Below the pieces are notes generated by a model that made no database searches, had not been told where the DNA came from, and saw only the letters and a list, made by a program, of their open reading frames with translations. The position numbers and the translations under genes were made by a program. From the NCBI RefSeq assembly GCF_039543525.1, contig NZ_BAABJX010000017.1:117047-181046 (forward strand): a stretch of DNA of 64,000 nt, given 5' to 3'. Positions 18,522-29,235 of this stretch are shown here, in pieces. Every line of letters starts with the position of its first letter. The first letter of the stretch is position 1. The DNA comes from Algivirga pacifica (GTDB lineage: Bacteria > Bacteroidota > Bacteroidia > Cytophagales > Flammeovirgaceae).

Positions 18522-21050
18522 TTATCGCCTGTTAAAAAGACGCTCAATAAAGTTTTTCTTTTTAGGAGGCTCCTCATACCTTCTTCTATAAGTAGGATAG
18601 TTATTTTTTCTTGGGGAAGAAGGGGTCGTACGTTCATCGTTACTCTGACTACTTACATCTTCATCTTCATTATCAGAAAGGCGTTCAGGAGATTGTCCTC
18701 CACCAAATAATCCATCGAAGAAATTCCATGTTTTCCTTCTTCTTTCAATAGGTTCCATACTGAATTCCTCACAGTCCAGGGCCCTTTGGCTAAAGAAATT
18801 AGTATCAGGAAACTTACTTCTGGTATAATGATAGAAGCGAGAGTCCCTATTCAATTGCTGGAAGAACCTAGCAGAAATAGGCAGGGCCATGACAGCCCCC
18901 TGACCCAAACGAGTACTTCGGAAATGAATGGAAGGATAAGCAGACCCCACCCAAGTACCTGTTACAAGGGTAGGGGTAAAGCCCATAAACCATCCATCAG
19001 CTTGTGATTGAGTGGTACCTGTCTTTCCTCCCATATCATTGGGTAATCGATAGGAAGTGCGGATACTTTTGGCAGTACCTCTGTCAACAACACCTTGCAG
19101 AATCTCTCTCATATAGCGAGCGGTTTTACGGGAAAGGACTCTTTCCCTAGGCTCTTTTCTAGCTCTCCATATCACCTCTCCCTCTTTATTGGTAATGTAG
19201 GTGATAATCACTGGCGCTACTTTATACCCCCCATTGGCTAAAGGGCTATAGGCATTAGCCATCTCAAATAATGATAGGGAGGATGTTCCCAGTGCAAGAG
19301 ATGGTACTTCTTCCATCGTACTCTGAATACCCATAAGACGGGCTTGTTCTGCTACCTGCTCAGGGCCGACCTCCATCATTAATTTCACGGATACGGTATT
19401 GACAGAGTTAATCAAGGCACCTTTTAGGGAGTAATAGCCTTCATGTTGCCCGTTGGCATTGGATGGCGCCCAACTGTCGTATTCTTCATAGGTGACTTTT
19501 TCATTTGAAAAATAGTCACAAGGAGTGTAGCCATTTTCTAGTGCCGTGGCATATAAGAAGGGCTTAAAGGTAGACCCTACCTGTCGCTTGGCATTGGGGT
19601 GTACGTGGTCATAATGAAAAGTGTCGAAGTTAATACCACCCACCCATGCTTTTACATGTCCATTTTCGGCATCCATCGCAACGAATCCACAATCCAGAAA
19701 TCTTAGGTAATGCTTGATAGAGTCCAGAGGGCTCATGCTCAATTCTTTATCCCCTTGCCAGGTGAAAACGTTCATTTTCAAGGGTTGTTTAAAGCTATTC
19801 ATAATCTCCTCTTTGGAAAGACCTTTTGCTGATAGCGCTTTATAACGTTCTGATTTATAGATCTCCTGTTGAATGACTTGTGGTGTTTTCTCCCAAGGTT
19901 CCCTTCCCTTCCAATGTTGATCAAAGAGTCCCTGAAGCTTTTTCATATGCGTTTTACTAGCCTTTTGGGCATACGATTGCATACGACTGTCAATCGTAGT
20001 ATGAATGTTGACACCATCGGTATAGATGTTGTAGAACTCTCCATCTTCTTTTTCGATCGTTTGACAGATTTTTTGAGCCTCTTGACGAATATATTCTTTG
20101 AAATAAGGAGCAAAGTCTTGATTCTTTTTATTAGACGAATAACGAAGCTGTATAGGCTTAGAAGACAGTTTCTGATAGGTTTTTTCAGACAAATACTCAT
20201 TTTTGACCATTTGCTTTAACACTACATTTCTTCTTGTTTGAGCACGCTCTGGGAAGAGTCGTGGATTATAGTAATAGGTAGCTTTTAATAGACCAATTAA
20301 CACGGCAGCCTCCTCTACACTAAGTTGCTTAGGTGATTTACTGAAAAATCGTTCAGAGGCCGTATGTATACCATATGCCCGTTCTCCAAAGGGAACGGTG
20401 TTTAGGTATAAAGTCAGAATTTCTTCTTTACTATAGACTTCTTCTAATCTTAAGGCTAGGATGGCTTCTTTGAGTTTACTGATAGGAAGACTAAGTACAC
20501 CCCAATCCTCTCTTGGATAAAGATTTTTTATCAGTTGTTGACTGAGTGTACTTCCTCCTCCAGCGCTTTCTCGTTGCATGAGGATAGATTTGACTAAAAC
20601 ACGGGCATAACTTCTCCAGTCTATACCATGGTGTTCATAAAAACGTTCATCCTCTGTGGCTACAAGTGCTTGAATAACGTGAGGGCTAATAGCCTTATAG
20701 GCTACGCCTGAACGTTCTTGGAAATAATACTTCCCGATAAGCTTTTGATCGGCACTAAAGACTTTAGAAGTTTGAGCATGTTCAATTTGCTTCAATTCTT
20801 TCTTGGAAGGAAGTTTTCCAAAAAGTCCCAGGTATACGCTAGTCGTTAGTAGAAGAGTGAAAACAAACCCTCCGACGACGAGTAGCTGTAATGTTTGTAA
20901 AATTCTTTTGCGAGGAGATTCCTGGTAGTAGTGTACGACTTTATAGGATGCCTTTGTTACATGATGGAATAAGACCTCTCGCCCACGAAGAAGGTAAGGA
21001 AGTAAAGGTGTTAGGAAGCTGATAAGTTGCTTGAATAGTTTGTTAATCAT
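18522..21050 (-). CDS. mrcA: Penicillin-binding protein 1A (class A PBP, transglycosylase + transpeptidase)
   Basis: GT51 motif TEDERFYEHHGID; transpeptidase SxxK (STFKP), SVN, KTGT (GGKTGTT); N-terminal TM anchor; low-complexity C-tail. Confidence 0.9.
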   Translation of the reverse strand: MINKLFKQLISFLTPLLPYLLRGREVLFHHVTKASYKVVHYYQESPRKRILQTLQLLVVGGFVFTLLLTTSVYLGLFGKLPSKKELKQIEHAQTSKVFSADQKLIGKYYFQERSGVAYKAISPHVIQALVATEDERFYEHHGIDWRSYARVLVKSILMQRESAGGGSTLSQQLIKNLYPREDWGVLSLPISKLKEAILALRLEEVYSKEEILTLYLNTVPFGERAYGIHTASERFFSKSPKQLSVEEAAVLIGLLKATYYYNPRLFPERAQTRRNVVLKQMVKNEYLSEKTYQKLSSKPIQLRYSSNKKNQDFAPYFKEYIRQEAQKICQTIEKEDGEFYNIYTDGVNIHTTIDSRMQSYAQKASKTHMKKLQGLFDQHWKGREPWEKTPQVIQQEIYKSERYKALSAKGLSKEEIMNSFKQPLKMNVFTWQGDKELSMSPLDSIKHYLRFLDCGFVAMDAENGHVKAWVGGINFDTFHYDHVHPNAKRQVGSTFKPFLYATALENGYTPCDYFSNEKVTYEEYDSWAPSNANGQHEGYYSLKGALINSVNTVSVKLMMEVGPEQVAEQARLMGIQSTMEEVPSLALGTSSLSLFEMANAYSPLANGGYKVAPVIITYITNKEGEVIWRARKEPRERVLSRKTARYMREILQGVVDRGTAKSIRTSYRLPNDMGGKTGTTQSQADGWFMGFTPTLVTGTWVGSAYPSIHFRSTRLGQGAVMALPISARFFQQLNRDSRFYHYTRSKFPDTNFFSQRALDCEEFSMEPIERRRKTWNFFDGLFGGGQSPERLSDNEDEDVSSQSNDERTTPSSPRKNNYPTYRRRYEEPPKKKNFIERLFNRR

Positions 21051-21170
21051 AGCTGAAAATTAGGGATTTTCCGAAGGACTCTTGATAAATGAATGAGTCC
21101 TTCTTTTATACTCTAATTTCTTGCCAAAATGTAATTTTGATAGGAACAGGATTGTTAATAAGTGGAAATC

Positions 21171-21680
21171 TTATAGCTCTTGCTCTTCTTTCACTTTATT
21201 AAGCTTCAAATCAAATTGATACCCATTTTTATCAATACGAATCAATAAATCTTCAGGAGTACCTTTGATCATTGTGACAGAGCCAACTTCTTCGAAGGTT
21301 TCTTGTTTCTCAGGCTTTAGTAATAGAATAGAATCTTTTTCTACCTTATAGTCCAATGTGATTTGCAGAGGGATAGAGTCCTTGCTTAGTATCTCTAGCA
21401 TTTGAACAAGATTTTTGTCTAGTTCCATGGCACATTTATCTCCTTCTAAAAAATGGACATTAACCTCGATGGAGGCTATCATGATTTTAATAAAGCTTTT
21501 GGCGAGAACTTGCTGTTCGGTACTTCCTTGTTGTTGTTCTATAAGCTTGTCTACCGCATCACTAAGATCCACATTATAAGTACCATTAACACCTTTAAAT
21601 GGTTCTTCGGTAGAGGTGGTGTCACATTGGGATAAAAACAGTAAGCTGCTTAAAAGGAAAAAATATACTCGTAGTTTCAT
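21171..21680 (-). CDS. Hypothetical lipoprotein
   Basis: 169 aa, signal peptide with lipobox LSQC. Confidence 0.45.
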   Translation of the reverse strand: MKLRVYFFLLSSLLFLSQCDTTSTEEPFKGVNGTYNVDLSDAVDKLIEQQQGSTEQQVLAKSFIKIMIASIEVNVHFLEGDKCAMELDKNLVQMLEILSKDSIPLQITLDYKVEKDSILLLKPEKQETFEEVGSVTMIKGTPEDLLIRIDKNGYQFDLKLNKVKEEQEL

Positions 21681-21770
21681 AAGAATAAAGTTATAGTCTA
21701 GGAATAAAGAGTTCTCTAGTCAAGAAACATGCAAAGGAGAAGTTTTATTTAAAGAAAAGAAAAATAAGAT

Positions 21771-21802
21771 AAAAAAAACCAGCTGTAAGGGCTGGTTTTT
21801 TC
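21771..21802. terminator. Bidirectional terminator
   Basis: A8-CCAGC-TGTAAGG-GCTGG-T6 hairpin just downstream of the 1842-aa gene stop. Confidence 0.6.
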
Positions 21803-21825
21803 ATTAGGGTAATTAACTGAATTGA

Positions 21826-24800
21826 TTAATGTTGTATTATGACTTTTTTCATGATACTCTGTTCAGCTTCCTGTATTTGAATAAAGTAAACGCCATTAGG
21901 AAGTGTTTGAAGGCCATCAATTTTATACTGATTTCCACTTATGTAACCTTGATGTATTACTTGTCCATTGGTATTGTACAAGTACACAGGTGTATTTTGT
22001 CCTAGCTTGCCTCTTGCTATAAATACCTCATTTTGGGCAGGGTTAGGGCTAATTGAGTAGGTAGTTTCAGCTGATTTGGCACCAAGTCTACTATTGAAAG
22101 CATAGGAGAAGTACTGTCGGCACCCTTCAGTATCTGTGGTCATTAAGTGGTACATGCCTGCTTGTAGACCGTAAATAGTACTACCTTTTGCCGCAAATCC
22201 ATTAGGACCACTCCAATCATAGCTCAAACGTGCAGCTCCTCCTGTCACGGTAACGGCTAGTATACCATCTGTGCTACCAAAGGTTGTGGGAAGCTGTACG
22301 GATGCAATTTCGATCAATGGAGTTTGTTGACAAGTGCTATCTTCGGTTGTATTACTATCTGAGCTACTATATCCAATCATATAGGTAAAGCGTTCAGTGC
22401 AGAGGTTATTATCAGTAATGCTTACTGTATATTCTCCTGAGGCTAAGTTATCAATGCTTGGTGAAGTGGATGAGTAGCCGTTAGGACCAGACCAACGATA
22501 GGTATAAGGTGCGTTCCCCCCTTCAATTGTAATAGATAAGGATCCATCGGCTGTACCATTGGAGGAGGCGTGTCGGTGTTTGACCAGAGCTTCCATGAAG
22601 ACATCTTCACATGCGATAAGTGTTGTACTATCTGTTATAGATGGAGTGAAATTAATAGCAATATTACTAACACATTGCATACTATCAATGACTAATAAAT
22701 AATAGAGTCCTGAGTCAATCGCAATAATCTGTTCGTCTTGGGAACTGAAGCTGTTGGGTCCTGACCATTGATAGGAGTAAGGGGCGGTGCCATTTGTGAT
22801 GATCACACTGAGGAGACTATCTACAGAGTTGTCTAACAATGACATTGTACATACAAAGCTGCTATCGTTGGATGTGGAATCGGAAACCGTTACATCAAAA
22901 TAAGCAAAGTCAAAGCATTCCTCGCCACTGTATACAATAACCATGTAACGGCCAGAAGCACTAACTTCAACAGTAGCCGTATTGGCCTGAAAGTTATTCG
23001 GCCCTGACCATTGATAGGTATAAGGTGCGTTCCCTCCGGTTGTGGTAATATCAATAGAGTTGTCTGTGATTGTACCACTTACCTGAAGGTCACATTCTTC
23101 TTCTATACTTATCGCAAAGGTGGCTGAATCTAGACACCCCTTATTATCACTGACAAATACAGTATAGTTTCCGGAAGTCGGAGCGGTGATATTGGCTTTG
23201 TTGGTAATAAAGTTATTCGGTCCTTGCCAGAAGTAGGAATAAGGAGCTGTTCCTCCTGTGATAGTGGTATAGATGGCATTGTCCGTAATACTTCCGCTTA
23301 CTTGTAGGTCACATTGTTCGGGAAGGTCTACTAGGAAGGATGCTGAATCCATACAATTTTCGTAATCGCTAACGAAAACAATATACGTACCTGATGTAGG
23401 TGCAGTAATATAAGGTTTGTTGGAAATAAAGTTGTTGGGACCTTGCCAGAAATAAGAGTACGTGGAGCTGCTTCCCGATACAGTGGTTGTAATAAGATCT
23501 CCTTGTACGCTACCGTCTACCTGAAGGGTACAAGGAGCTTTAACTTCTATATTGAATGTAGCAGAATCCAGGCAGCTTCCATCACTTTCACTGACGAATA
23601 CAATGTACTTACCGGATACGCTAGCAGTAATGGAAGACTCCTCTGAGGTGAATTTTTCAGGGCCTGACCACAAGTAAGTATAGCTTCCTGAACCTCCATT
23701 TACTGAAGTCGTAATGGTATTTCCATCAATAGTACCGTTGATATTTAACTCACAAACCTCTGCAGCTTCCACAAGGAATGAGGTAGTTATACTACAGTTA
23801 TTAGCATCGCTGACGGTAACGGTATAAGTACCAGAAGTGGGTACGAGTACATCTTCGGTAGTAGCCGAAAAGTTGTTAGGTCCTGACCAACTATAGGTAT
23901 AAGGTGCAGTTCCTCCGCCACTGTTTAAATCAATAAAATATTGCTGTACTTCTCCTTCTGCTGTAAGTGCACAAACCTCAGGGATAGTAACACTAAAAGA
24001 GGCCGTGTCACTACAATCATTGGCGTCTTTAACAATTACAGTATAATCGCCGGAAACAGGTGCGGTGATGTTTTTCTGGATTGAAGTAAAGTTATCAGGC
24101 CCAGACCAGCTGTACGTATAGGGTGCTAAACCCCCTTCCACATTGGTAGTAATAATATTATCATTTATGACACCCGATAAACTAACCTGACAAGGTTCAG
24201 GTACTGTAATGTCGAACTGAGCTGTATCAGCGCAACTTTGCTCACTATCAGTAACGATAAGGGTATAGCGACCAGAAATAGGAGCAACAATAGAAGCTTC
24301 ATTGGAGCTGAAGTTATCAGGCCCAGACCAAACATAGGTATAAGGAGCAAAACCTCCGGATACTGTAGTGGAAATGTTATAGTCAACGATACTTGCTTGT
24401 ATGCTTAAGTCACAAACGGGAGTGTTTACTTCTACCGTGAAAGAAGCTTGTGCGAAGCAATCATTACTGCTACTGACAAAGACCGTATATTCTCCTGAAA
24501 TAGGGGCGACAATATTAGCTTCAGAGGAGCTGAAGTTTTCAGGGCCAACCCATAGATAAGTATACTCTCCGTTACCTCCCTCTACTAAAGTAGTTATCGC
24601 TGCTTCGTCAACCGTTCCGCTTACTTCTAAAGAGCAGATCTCAGAGATGAATACCTCAAAGGAGGCGGTATCCTGACATTGTTCACGATCGCTAACAATC
24701 AGGATGTAGTTTCCAGAGACAGGAGCAGTGATGGTTGAGTCTGTACTGCTAAAGTCATTGGGGCCAGACCAAAGGTAAGTATAAGGGGCTGTACCTCCTT

Positions 24801-27354
24801 GAACATTACTGGAAATAACATCTTTGACTACATTACCTTCCACTTGTAAGTCACATGGAGTCATAATTTCTACGTCAACTGTGTCGGAGGCAAAACAATT
24901 GCCACTTTGAGCAATGACAATATACTGTCCCGATGATACAGCAGTGATCTCATCGCCGGTAGCTGTAAAATCGTTAGGGCCACTCCATGAATAGCTGTAT
25001 TCTGAAGTACCTCCGTTGGCAGAGGCTGTTAGGACAGTTTCATTGGAGCTAATTGCCACATTAAGGGTACATTCTATGGCTGATATAGTAAAAGATTCTT
25101 CAGTAGAGCAGCCGTTTGCATCAAAAACATAAAGGGTATAGATATCAGGAGCTACATCGCTCAAATCTTTGGAAGACCCTATAAAGCCATTACTGTTGGA
25201 CCATGCATAGGTATAAGGAGCACTGCCACCATTTACAGAAATCGTGATATTATTATCAGTGACAGTTCCTTCAATCTCAATAGACGACAATTGCATAGGA
25301 ACTGAAACAAAAGAAGAAACACAACCATTGGAGTTGCTACGCACATAAAGTGCACTGCTATCAACTTCTTCTATATAAATACTGCTGCCACTATAGTCTG
25401 CTGTATTGCTAAGTGTATCGATAAACCATTCGTAAGTAAGACTGTCATTGGGATCGTCGACTGAAAGCGTAGCCTCCATACCATAGCAAACAATAATTTC
25501 CGATAAAGAAGGAGTCTCAGGAGTGATGGAAGTAAATAATTCCATGGATGTAAACTCACTTTCACATGATCCATTGGAGGCTTGTAAGTAAATCGTGGAT
25601 AGGGTATCTCCCACAGTAATACTGTTACCACTTCCAATAAGTGTCATTGGAGATAAACTGCTATACCAATTATAAGAAAGGCCATCTATTATGGTCAGCA
25701 CACTTAGCTCAGCGCTATTGCTACCACAATCACTTAGGTTGACAATTTCTGGCGTTTCAGGGGATGCTGTTACGTTTACAGTGACTACCTGATAAGTACT
25801 TTCTTCTTCCCCCCTGATAGATTGTACATAGTAATCTTTTGAAGAAGTAAGAGGCCCTGTTTCAAAGCTGTCTCCTTCTGCAATAGCAGAGGATAAAGTG
25901 TCAGAATACCAATAGTAGGTATACTCATCAATAATATTGGAAATAAGAAGTGCCGCTGTTTGTCCAGAACAAATTTCCTCGGCGGTTACGCTCGGAGGTA
26001 ACAGGATAATCTCATTGTACTCATAAGCTCCAGGGTCAGCAGCACCTCCGGTAACTCTGGGATTACCTGCTTTATCAGTATCAAATGGAAAGCTTGCTAC
26101 AGAAGCGCCTCTATCAATAATGTTAGTGGATGTAGCAGTTAAATTATAGTCATGGTTGGCAGGAGAGACAAAGGCCACCTGATCTATAGATGTGACGGTT
26201 AAGTTGCCTGCAGTATCTAATGTTGTTAGATCGTTATGGTTTGGAGGGACATAAAGTGCATTTTCTCCAGAAGCAACCCATAGGTTATTATGAATAAAGT
26301 TGCCTTGCATAAGCTCAGATTGTACCATCATACTATTGATGCCTGCATTGATCACAGTATTGTGATATACATAAAAACTTCTGCTGCTTAGGGTGGTTTC
26401 AGGATATTCATCAATCTCAATCCCCATCATACCGGCATTGACTACCACGTTGTTATAAATAACATTTCCTCCTATTCCAATACAGTTAATGCCATTGGCT
26501 CGCGCATCAATGACCGTATTATTGAAACACGTACCTGCAGTGCCTTCTCCAATTTGTATACCGTGGTTTTGAACAGCACTATTATTCAAGGTTGAAGTAC
26601 CAGTGACTTCGATATAGTTATTATAAATTTCACAGTCGTGTGTAGCTCCACCTACTTGTATGCCATCTCCTCCTGTATTGCGTATGGTGTTATTGTAGAC
26701 CTTGGCTCCGTGGATAAGGTGGGGAGTGAGTGTGCCACAGGTTTTTTTTACTCCCTTGGCAATAGAGGTATGTCCGATGTAAAGACCTTGCCCTTGTTCG
26801 GTATCATAAATTAGATTGTCATGTATAGAGATGTTTCTCATTGTGAAGTTCTCTCCCCAGGTAGAACTGTCATTGCACTGTGGGTCCGTTTTAATCATCA
26901 TTCCGGCAAACTTAGAACCGTGTACTTCTACATGGTCGATTTCGAAGTTACTGGAACGCTCCTCAGCATGTATACTCATGCTACCTCCAATGACCTCAAA
27001 ACCATAGGTTAATGAGGGGTCTCCAGTTCCAGTAAAGCGAAAGAAAGAACAGTTGGCTAAACGGATAGCGTAGGCCTTAGCGGTAGATACTTCAAATTTG
27101 ACTAACCCTCCGCAGTTCTTGATGGTAATAGGGTTGCCTTCTATGCCTTTTACATTTTCCAAGCGTAAACTGTAATCACGGACTCCTGCTGCAAGACAGA
27201 TAGTATCACCGGGTGCTACTTCTTTAGCATCCCATTTTCCTGAGGGTAGTTCAACTGGAATAGTGTGGTCACATCCACAGTCCTGAGACCAGGCATTCAA
27301 TGAGGTGAAACCTAATGTCAGTAGTAGGACAAAGAGGTATTGATACGTTTTCAT
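21826..27354 (-). CDS. T9SS-secreted surface protein: N-terminal right-handed parallel beta-helix + ~17 SprB-type repeats + T9SS C-terminal sorting domain
   Basis: Signal peptide; beta-helix repeats (NNTIRNTGGDGIQVGG, NNVVVNAGMMGIEI); many ~70-aa repeats with GGxAPYTYxWSGPNNF motif; C-terminus …NGVYFIQIQ…KKVIIQH typical Por_Secre_tail. Confidence 0.85.
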   Translation of the reverse strand: MKTYQYLFVLLLTLGFTSLNAWSQDCGCDHTIPVELPSGKWDAKEVAPGDTICLAAGVRDYSLRLENVKGIEGNPITIKNCGGLVKFEVSTAKAYAIRLANCSFFRFTGTGDPSLTYGFEVIGGSMSIHAEERSSNFEIDHVEVHGSKFAGMMIKTDPQCNDSSTWGENFTMRNISIHDNLIYDTEQGQGLYIGHTSIAKGVKKTCGTLTPHLIHGAKVYNNTIRNTGGDGIQVGGATHDCEIYNNYIEVTGTSTLNNSAVQNHGIQIGEGTAGTCFNNTVIDARANGINCIGIGGNVIYNNVVVNAGMMGIEIDEYPETTLSSRSFYVYHNTVINAGINSMMVQSELMQGNFIHNNLWVASGENALYVPPNHNDLTTLDTAGNLTVTSIDQVAFVSPANHDYNLTATSTNIIDRGASVASFPFDTDKAGNPRVTGGAADPGAYEYNEIILLPPSVTAEEICSGQTAALLISNIIDEYTYYWYSDTLSSAIAEGDSFETGPLTSSKDYYVQSIRGEEESTYQVVTVNVTASPETPEIVNLSDCGSNSAELSVLTIIDGLSYNWYSSLSPMTLIGSGNSITVGDTLSTIYLQASNGSCESEFTSMELFTSITPETPSLSEIIVCYGMEATLSVDDPNDSLTYEWFIDTLSNTADYSGSSIYIEEVDSSALYVRSNSNGCVSSFVSVPMQLSSIEIEGTVTDNNITISVNGGSAPYTYAWSNSNGFIGSSKDLSDVAPDIYTLYVFDANGCSTEESFTISAIECTLNVAISSNETVLTASANGGTSEYSYSWSGPNDFTATGDEITAVSSGQYIVIAQSGNCFASDTVDVEIMTPCDLQVEGNVVKDVISSNVQGGTAPYTYLWSGPNDFSSTDSTITAPVSGNYILIVSDREQCQDTASFEVFISEICSLEVSGTVDEAAITTLVEGGNGEYTYLWVGPENFSSSEANIVAPISGEYTVFVSSSNDCFAQASFTVEVNTPVCDLSIQASIVDYNISTTVSGGFAPYTYVWSGPDNFSSNEASIVAPISGRYTLIVTDSEQSCADTAQFDITVPEPCQVSLSGVINDNIITTNVEGGLAPYTYSWSGPDNFTSIQKNITAPVSGDYTVIVKDANDCSDTASFSVTIPEVCALTAEGEVQQYFIDLNSGGGTAPYTYSWSGPNNFSATTEDVLVPTSGTYTVTVSDANNCSITTSFLVEAAEVCELNINGTIDGNTITTSVNGGSGSYTYLWSGPEKFTSEESSITASVSGKYIVFVSESDGSCLDSATFNIEVKAPCTLQVDGSVQGDLITTTVSGSSSTYSYFWQGPNNFISNKPYITAPTSGTYIVFVSDYENCMDSASFLVDLPEQCDLQVSGSITDNAIYTTITGGTAPYSYFWQGPNNFITNKANITAPTSGNYTVFVSDNKGCLDSATFAISIEEECDLQVSGTITDNSIDITTTGGNAPYTYQWSGPNNFQANTATVEVSASGRYMVIVYSGEECFDFAYFDVTVSDSTSNDSSFVCTMSLLDNSVDSLLSVIITNGTAPYSYQWSGPNSFSSQDEQIIAIDSGLYYLLVIDSMQCVSNIAINFTPSITDSTTLIACEDVFMEALVKHRHASSNGTADGSLSITIEGGNAPYTYRWSGPNGYSSTSPSIDNLASGEYTVSITDNNLCTERFTYMIGYSSSDSNTTEDSTCQQTPLIEIASVQLPTTFGSTDGILAVTVTGGAARLSYDWSGPNGFAAKGSTIYGLQAGMYHLMTTDTEGCRQYFSYAFNSRLGAKSAETTYSISPNPAQNEVFIARGKLGQNTPVYLYNTNGQVIHQGYISGNQYKIDGLQTLPNGVYFIQIQEAEQSIMKKVIIQH

Positions 27355-27832
27355 AGTGGTTGTTTGTAATGGGTTGTAATGGTGTTTTTTTCAGAGCAAT
27401 AGCGTCAAAGACACCGAATGGTTTTTCTTCTCATTTAGGTTTATTTGAAGGTACCTATATTTAATTTTTGAAATAGAGACGCATTGTTAATATTTTTTAA
27501 AAAGTAGGTATTGAGGGAACTTTTCATCAAAAATATTCGACTACGATTCTATCAATGTAAAGCCTTTATGGATTCAAATGTAAGGGCAGTGATCAGGGAA
27601 TTATGCTATTAAATTGACTCATAAGTAGTATTATACAATGTTAAAACCTGATAAAAAAGAGTTATGCAACCGGTTTCTTTAAAGTTGTTTAAGGCTATTA
27701 ACGCCTATTAGCGGAATAATACAACGATTACGGCCTGATTTGTGTCTAAGTAAGTGAATAACAACAATCATCAATCATGCTTTCAATCGGATTGATAAAC
27801 AGAGTGTTACAATTCATTAAACAAACAGGCTT

Positions 27833-29182
27833 ATGCAGTTGAGAAAGATATTAGTGAGCGCATTGTTGAGTTCTTCAGTGATATTTTTAGGAGTGTCTTG
27901 TTCAGATCAGTTAGGGCATCAAGAAAAGATTACTGATAACGAGACCGTAGAAGGAGGAGACGAAACCAACAATGGGGGAGATGAAGAAACAGAAGAGGAG
28001 AATAATGGACCTATTGTGGATATAGAATTGGCCGATGACGAGGTACTTTTGGACGGAGAGGTTGTAAAGGTCGATCATTGGATTGAACCATCAGATATTT
28101 ACGTGAGAGCTTCTGAAAAAGCAGACTGGAACAAGCCAGGAACTGTTTTGGCTTTCCGTGAGGGAACTGGACCGAGACCAAGATTGACAATGATTGGTTT
28201 CAAAGGAACTGAAGCAGAACCTATTGTAATTATTAACAAAGATAAGGTAGAGATTGCTTCGGCAGATGCAGGACAACACGCAGTCAAGTTCTTGGATACG
28301 CAATATATTCGTGTATTGGGAAATGGTAATCCGGAGATATATTACGGGATCCATATCTCTGAATCAGGTTCAAGTGGGTTTTCTTTTGATAACTACTCTT
28401 CTGACTTTGAGGTAGCTTATACGCATATTGAGAACACAGGGTTCGCAGGAATTCTAGCCAAGACGGATAATGCCAAGGGATGGACGATGAAGAACGTTTA
28501 TCTGCACCATAACCATATTCATGATGTACATGGAGAAGGGATGTATATTGGACAAACAGCAGTAGACAATGCACACGATATTCAAACATTGAGAGTGCAT
28601 AATAACTTGATCCACGACACAGGGTGGGATTTATTCCAGGTAGCCAACGTTACGGGTGATATTAGGGTATATAATAATACCATGGTAAATGGTGGTGTTG
28701 GAGATGTACCGATGCAGAATCAAGGTTTCCAAATTGGGGACTGGTCTACAGGAGCGTATTATGGTAATATTATCAGCAAGACCAAATCTAGATTCCTTTT
28801 CATTAAGGGGGGACATGATATTATCTTCAGTAATAATTACCTTTCTAGTAGTGGTAATGATGTAGAAGGAGTATTCCTGAAAACTGAAAAGAGAGTTGAT
28901 GCCAATGCAACATTGGAAATCTCTAATAACTTCTTCCGTGATTATGAGGGAGTTTTGTTTAAATCAATGATCTCAGAACATAGAGTGACGATTAGAGACA
29001 ATCAGTTCTCTCCAAGAGGAGAAGCAGAAATGATCACTTATAGTGGTGGAACTCCTGCAGTACACGAGTTTGATAATAACAATGTCACATCTCTTCCTGA
29101 GATTGAACTAGATGATAATTATAAGATTAAGTCTGGCTCATTCTATGATGGTTTGGGGATGGGTTATGAGATAGAGGAATAA
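27833..29182 (+). CDS. Lipoprotein with parallel beta-helix domain (paralog of N-terminal domain of 21826..27354)
   Basis: Lipobox LGVSC, acidic linker, beta-helix repeats (HNNLIHDTGWDLFQVANVTG); FEVAYTHIENTGFAGILAKTD aligns with FEIDHVEVHGSKFAGMMIKTD of the large protein. Confidence 0.7.
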   Translation: MQLRKILVSALLSSSVIFLGVSCSDQLGHQEKITDNETVEGGDETNNGGDEETEEENNGPIVDIELADDEVLLDGEVVKVDHWIEPSDIYVRASEKADWNKPGTVLAFREGTGPRPRLTMIGFKGTEAEPIVIINKDKVEIASADAGQHAVKFLDTQYIRVLGNGNPEIYYGIHISESGSSGFSFDNYSSDFEVAYTHIENTGFAGILAKTDNAKGWTMKNVYLHHNHIHDVHGEGMYIGQTAVDNAHDIQTLRVHNNLIHDTGWDLFQVANVTGDIRVYNNTMVNGGVGDVPMQNQGFQIGDWSTGAYYGNIISKTKSRFLFIKGGHDIIFSNNYLSSSGNDVEGVFLKTEKRVDANATLEISNNFFRDYEGVLFKSMISEHRVTIRDNQFSPRGEAEMITYSGGTPAVHEFDNNNVTSLPEIELDDNYKIKSGSFYDGLGMGYEIEE

Positions 29183-29203
29183 TCACCACAATATCCTATT
29201 GAT

Positions 29204-29235
29204 AAAAAAAGGTCACCAATTGGTGACCTTTTTTA
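29204..29235. terminator. Bidirectional rho-independent terminator
   Basis: A7-GGTCACC-AATT-GGTGACC-T6 between convergent genes. Confidence 0.75.

Noticed and set aside
22890-27012. Multiple 60-90-aa ORFs on both strands inside the 1842-aa SprB-repeat gene
   Set aside because: Fully embedded in a long, repeat-supported ORF with signal peptide and T9SS CTD; no independent support.
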